Origin: Mobula hypostoma
Taxonomy: Eukaryota
Length of the DNA stretch: 64,000 nt
Reading direction: 5' to 3'
NCBI RefSeq assembly: GCF_963921235.1
Contig: NC_086098.1
Location: 4,092,001 to 4,156,000, forward strand
Positions 63,195 through 64,000 of this stretch are shown here, in pieces. Each line of letters begins with the position of its first letter. Position 1 is the stretch's first letter. The notes under the pieces are model-generated. The model had not been told where the DNA came from and did not search any database. It worked only from the letters and a program-made list of their open reading frames with translations. Both the position numbers and the translations under genes were made by a program.

Positions 63195-64000
63195 CGACTA
63201 TTGTCCACTAGCACTCTCATCTACGGTGATGATGTGCTTTGAGAGTTTGGTTATGGGTAGAATAACTTCAGTCTCAGTAAGGAACTAGATCCACGGCAAT
63301 TTGCCTTTCACTACAATATATACAGTACTGTACATGCAATCTCATTGGTTCTTCACATAGCCTTGGATCACCTGGACAATACTAATATTTATGTCAAGCT
63401 GCTGTTTATTGACTGCAGCTCAGAGTTTAACACAATTATTCCCACAGTTCTGATCATAAAGTTCCAAAACCTGGACCTCTGTGCCTCTTCTGCAACTGGA
63501 TCTCCAGCTTCCTCACCAGAAGACCCCAATCCGTACAGATTGGTAATAACATCTCTCCACCTCTCTGACAATCAACACTGGTGCACCTGAAGGATGTGCG
63601 CTTAGCCCACTGCTCTACTCTTGCTACGCCCATGACTGGGCGTCCATGTCATCTATTAATTTGCTGACAACACAACTATTGCTGGCAGAATTTCAGACAG
63701 TGACGTGAAGGCATGCAGGAGCGAGATAGATCAGCTGGTCGATTAGTGTCGCAACAACAATCTTGCACTGAACAGCAGTAGGACCAAAGAACTGACTGCA
63801 GACTGCAGAAAGGGCAAGACTCGAGAATACACACCAGTCCTCGCTGAGGGATCCGAAGTGGAAAGAGTGAGCAATTTCAAGTTCCTGGGTGTTAACATCC
63901 AACATATCGATATAGTTACAAAGAGGGGAATGACACCGGCTATATTTCATTGGGAGTTTCAGAAGGTTTGGTATGTCGCCAGAGACAGTTACAAGTTTCT
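63195..64000 (+). mobile_element. Rex1/Babar LINE RT fragment, decayed; runs off the window end
   Basis: LHIALDHLDNTNIYVKLLFIDCSSEFNTIIP (ORF 63345-63590), with FADN and FKFLG remnants downstream. Confidence 0.82.

Noticed and set aside
446..63950. RT, endonuclease and esterase ORFs as a retron, DGR or defence operon
   Set aside because: All carry CR1, Rex1 or Penelope signatures with frameshifts, 3' tails and nesting, so they are non-LTR retrotransposon debris.

Overview
This is vertebrate genomic DNA, not prokaryotic. The repeat families present (CR1 LINEs with SGNH-esterase ORF1, V-SINEs, Rex1/Babar LINEs, Neptune-like Penelope elements) suggest a cartilaginous fish, probably a ray; this is inference. 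The only host gene I can support is KLHL32 on the minus strand: three kelch-region exons (23222-23164, 8464-8272, 4276-4182) with canonical GT-AG sites that splice in frame. The upstream exon and the final exon are not visible, so the upstream intron is over 40 kb. Most of the remainder is nested, decayed transposons: many CR1 and Rex1 LINE pieces, Penelope-like elements (PLEs), a hAT element with a perfect 8-bp TSD, Tc1 and Tigger fragments, V-SINEs, an old non-autonomous LTR element, and non-coding retroposons headed by AAGATGGCG-like motifs. Most ORFs in the supplied track are TE fragments or antisense shadows. The most interesting signals are about ten minimal hammerhead-ribozyme motifs in PLE 3' ends (eight on the KLHL32 sense strand), a near-perfect 81-bp palindrome inserted into one of them, a 30-bp minisatellite derived from PLE endonuclease sequence, and inverted LINE pairs bracketing KLHL32 exons. 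I found no clear new multi-gene system. TE boundaries are read by eye and are approximate unless a TSD is given.
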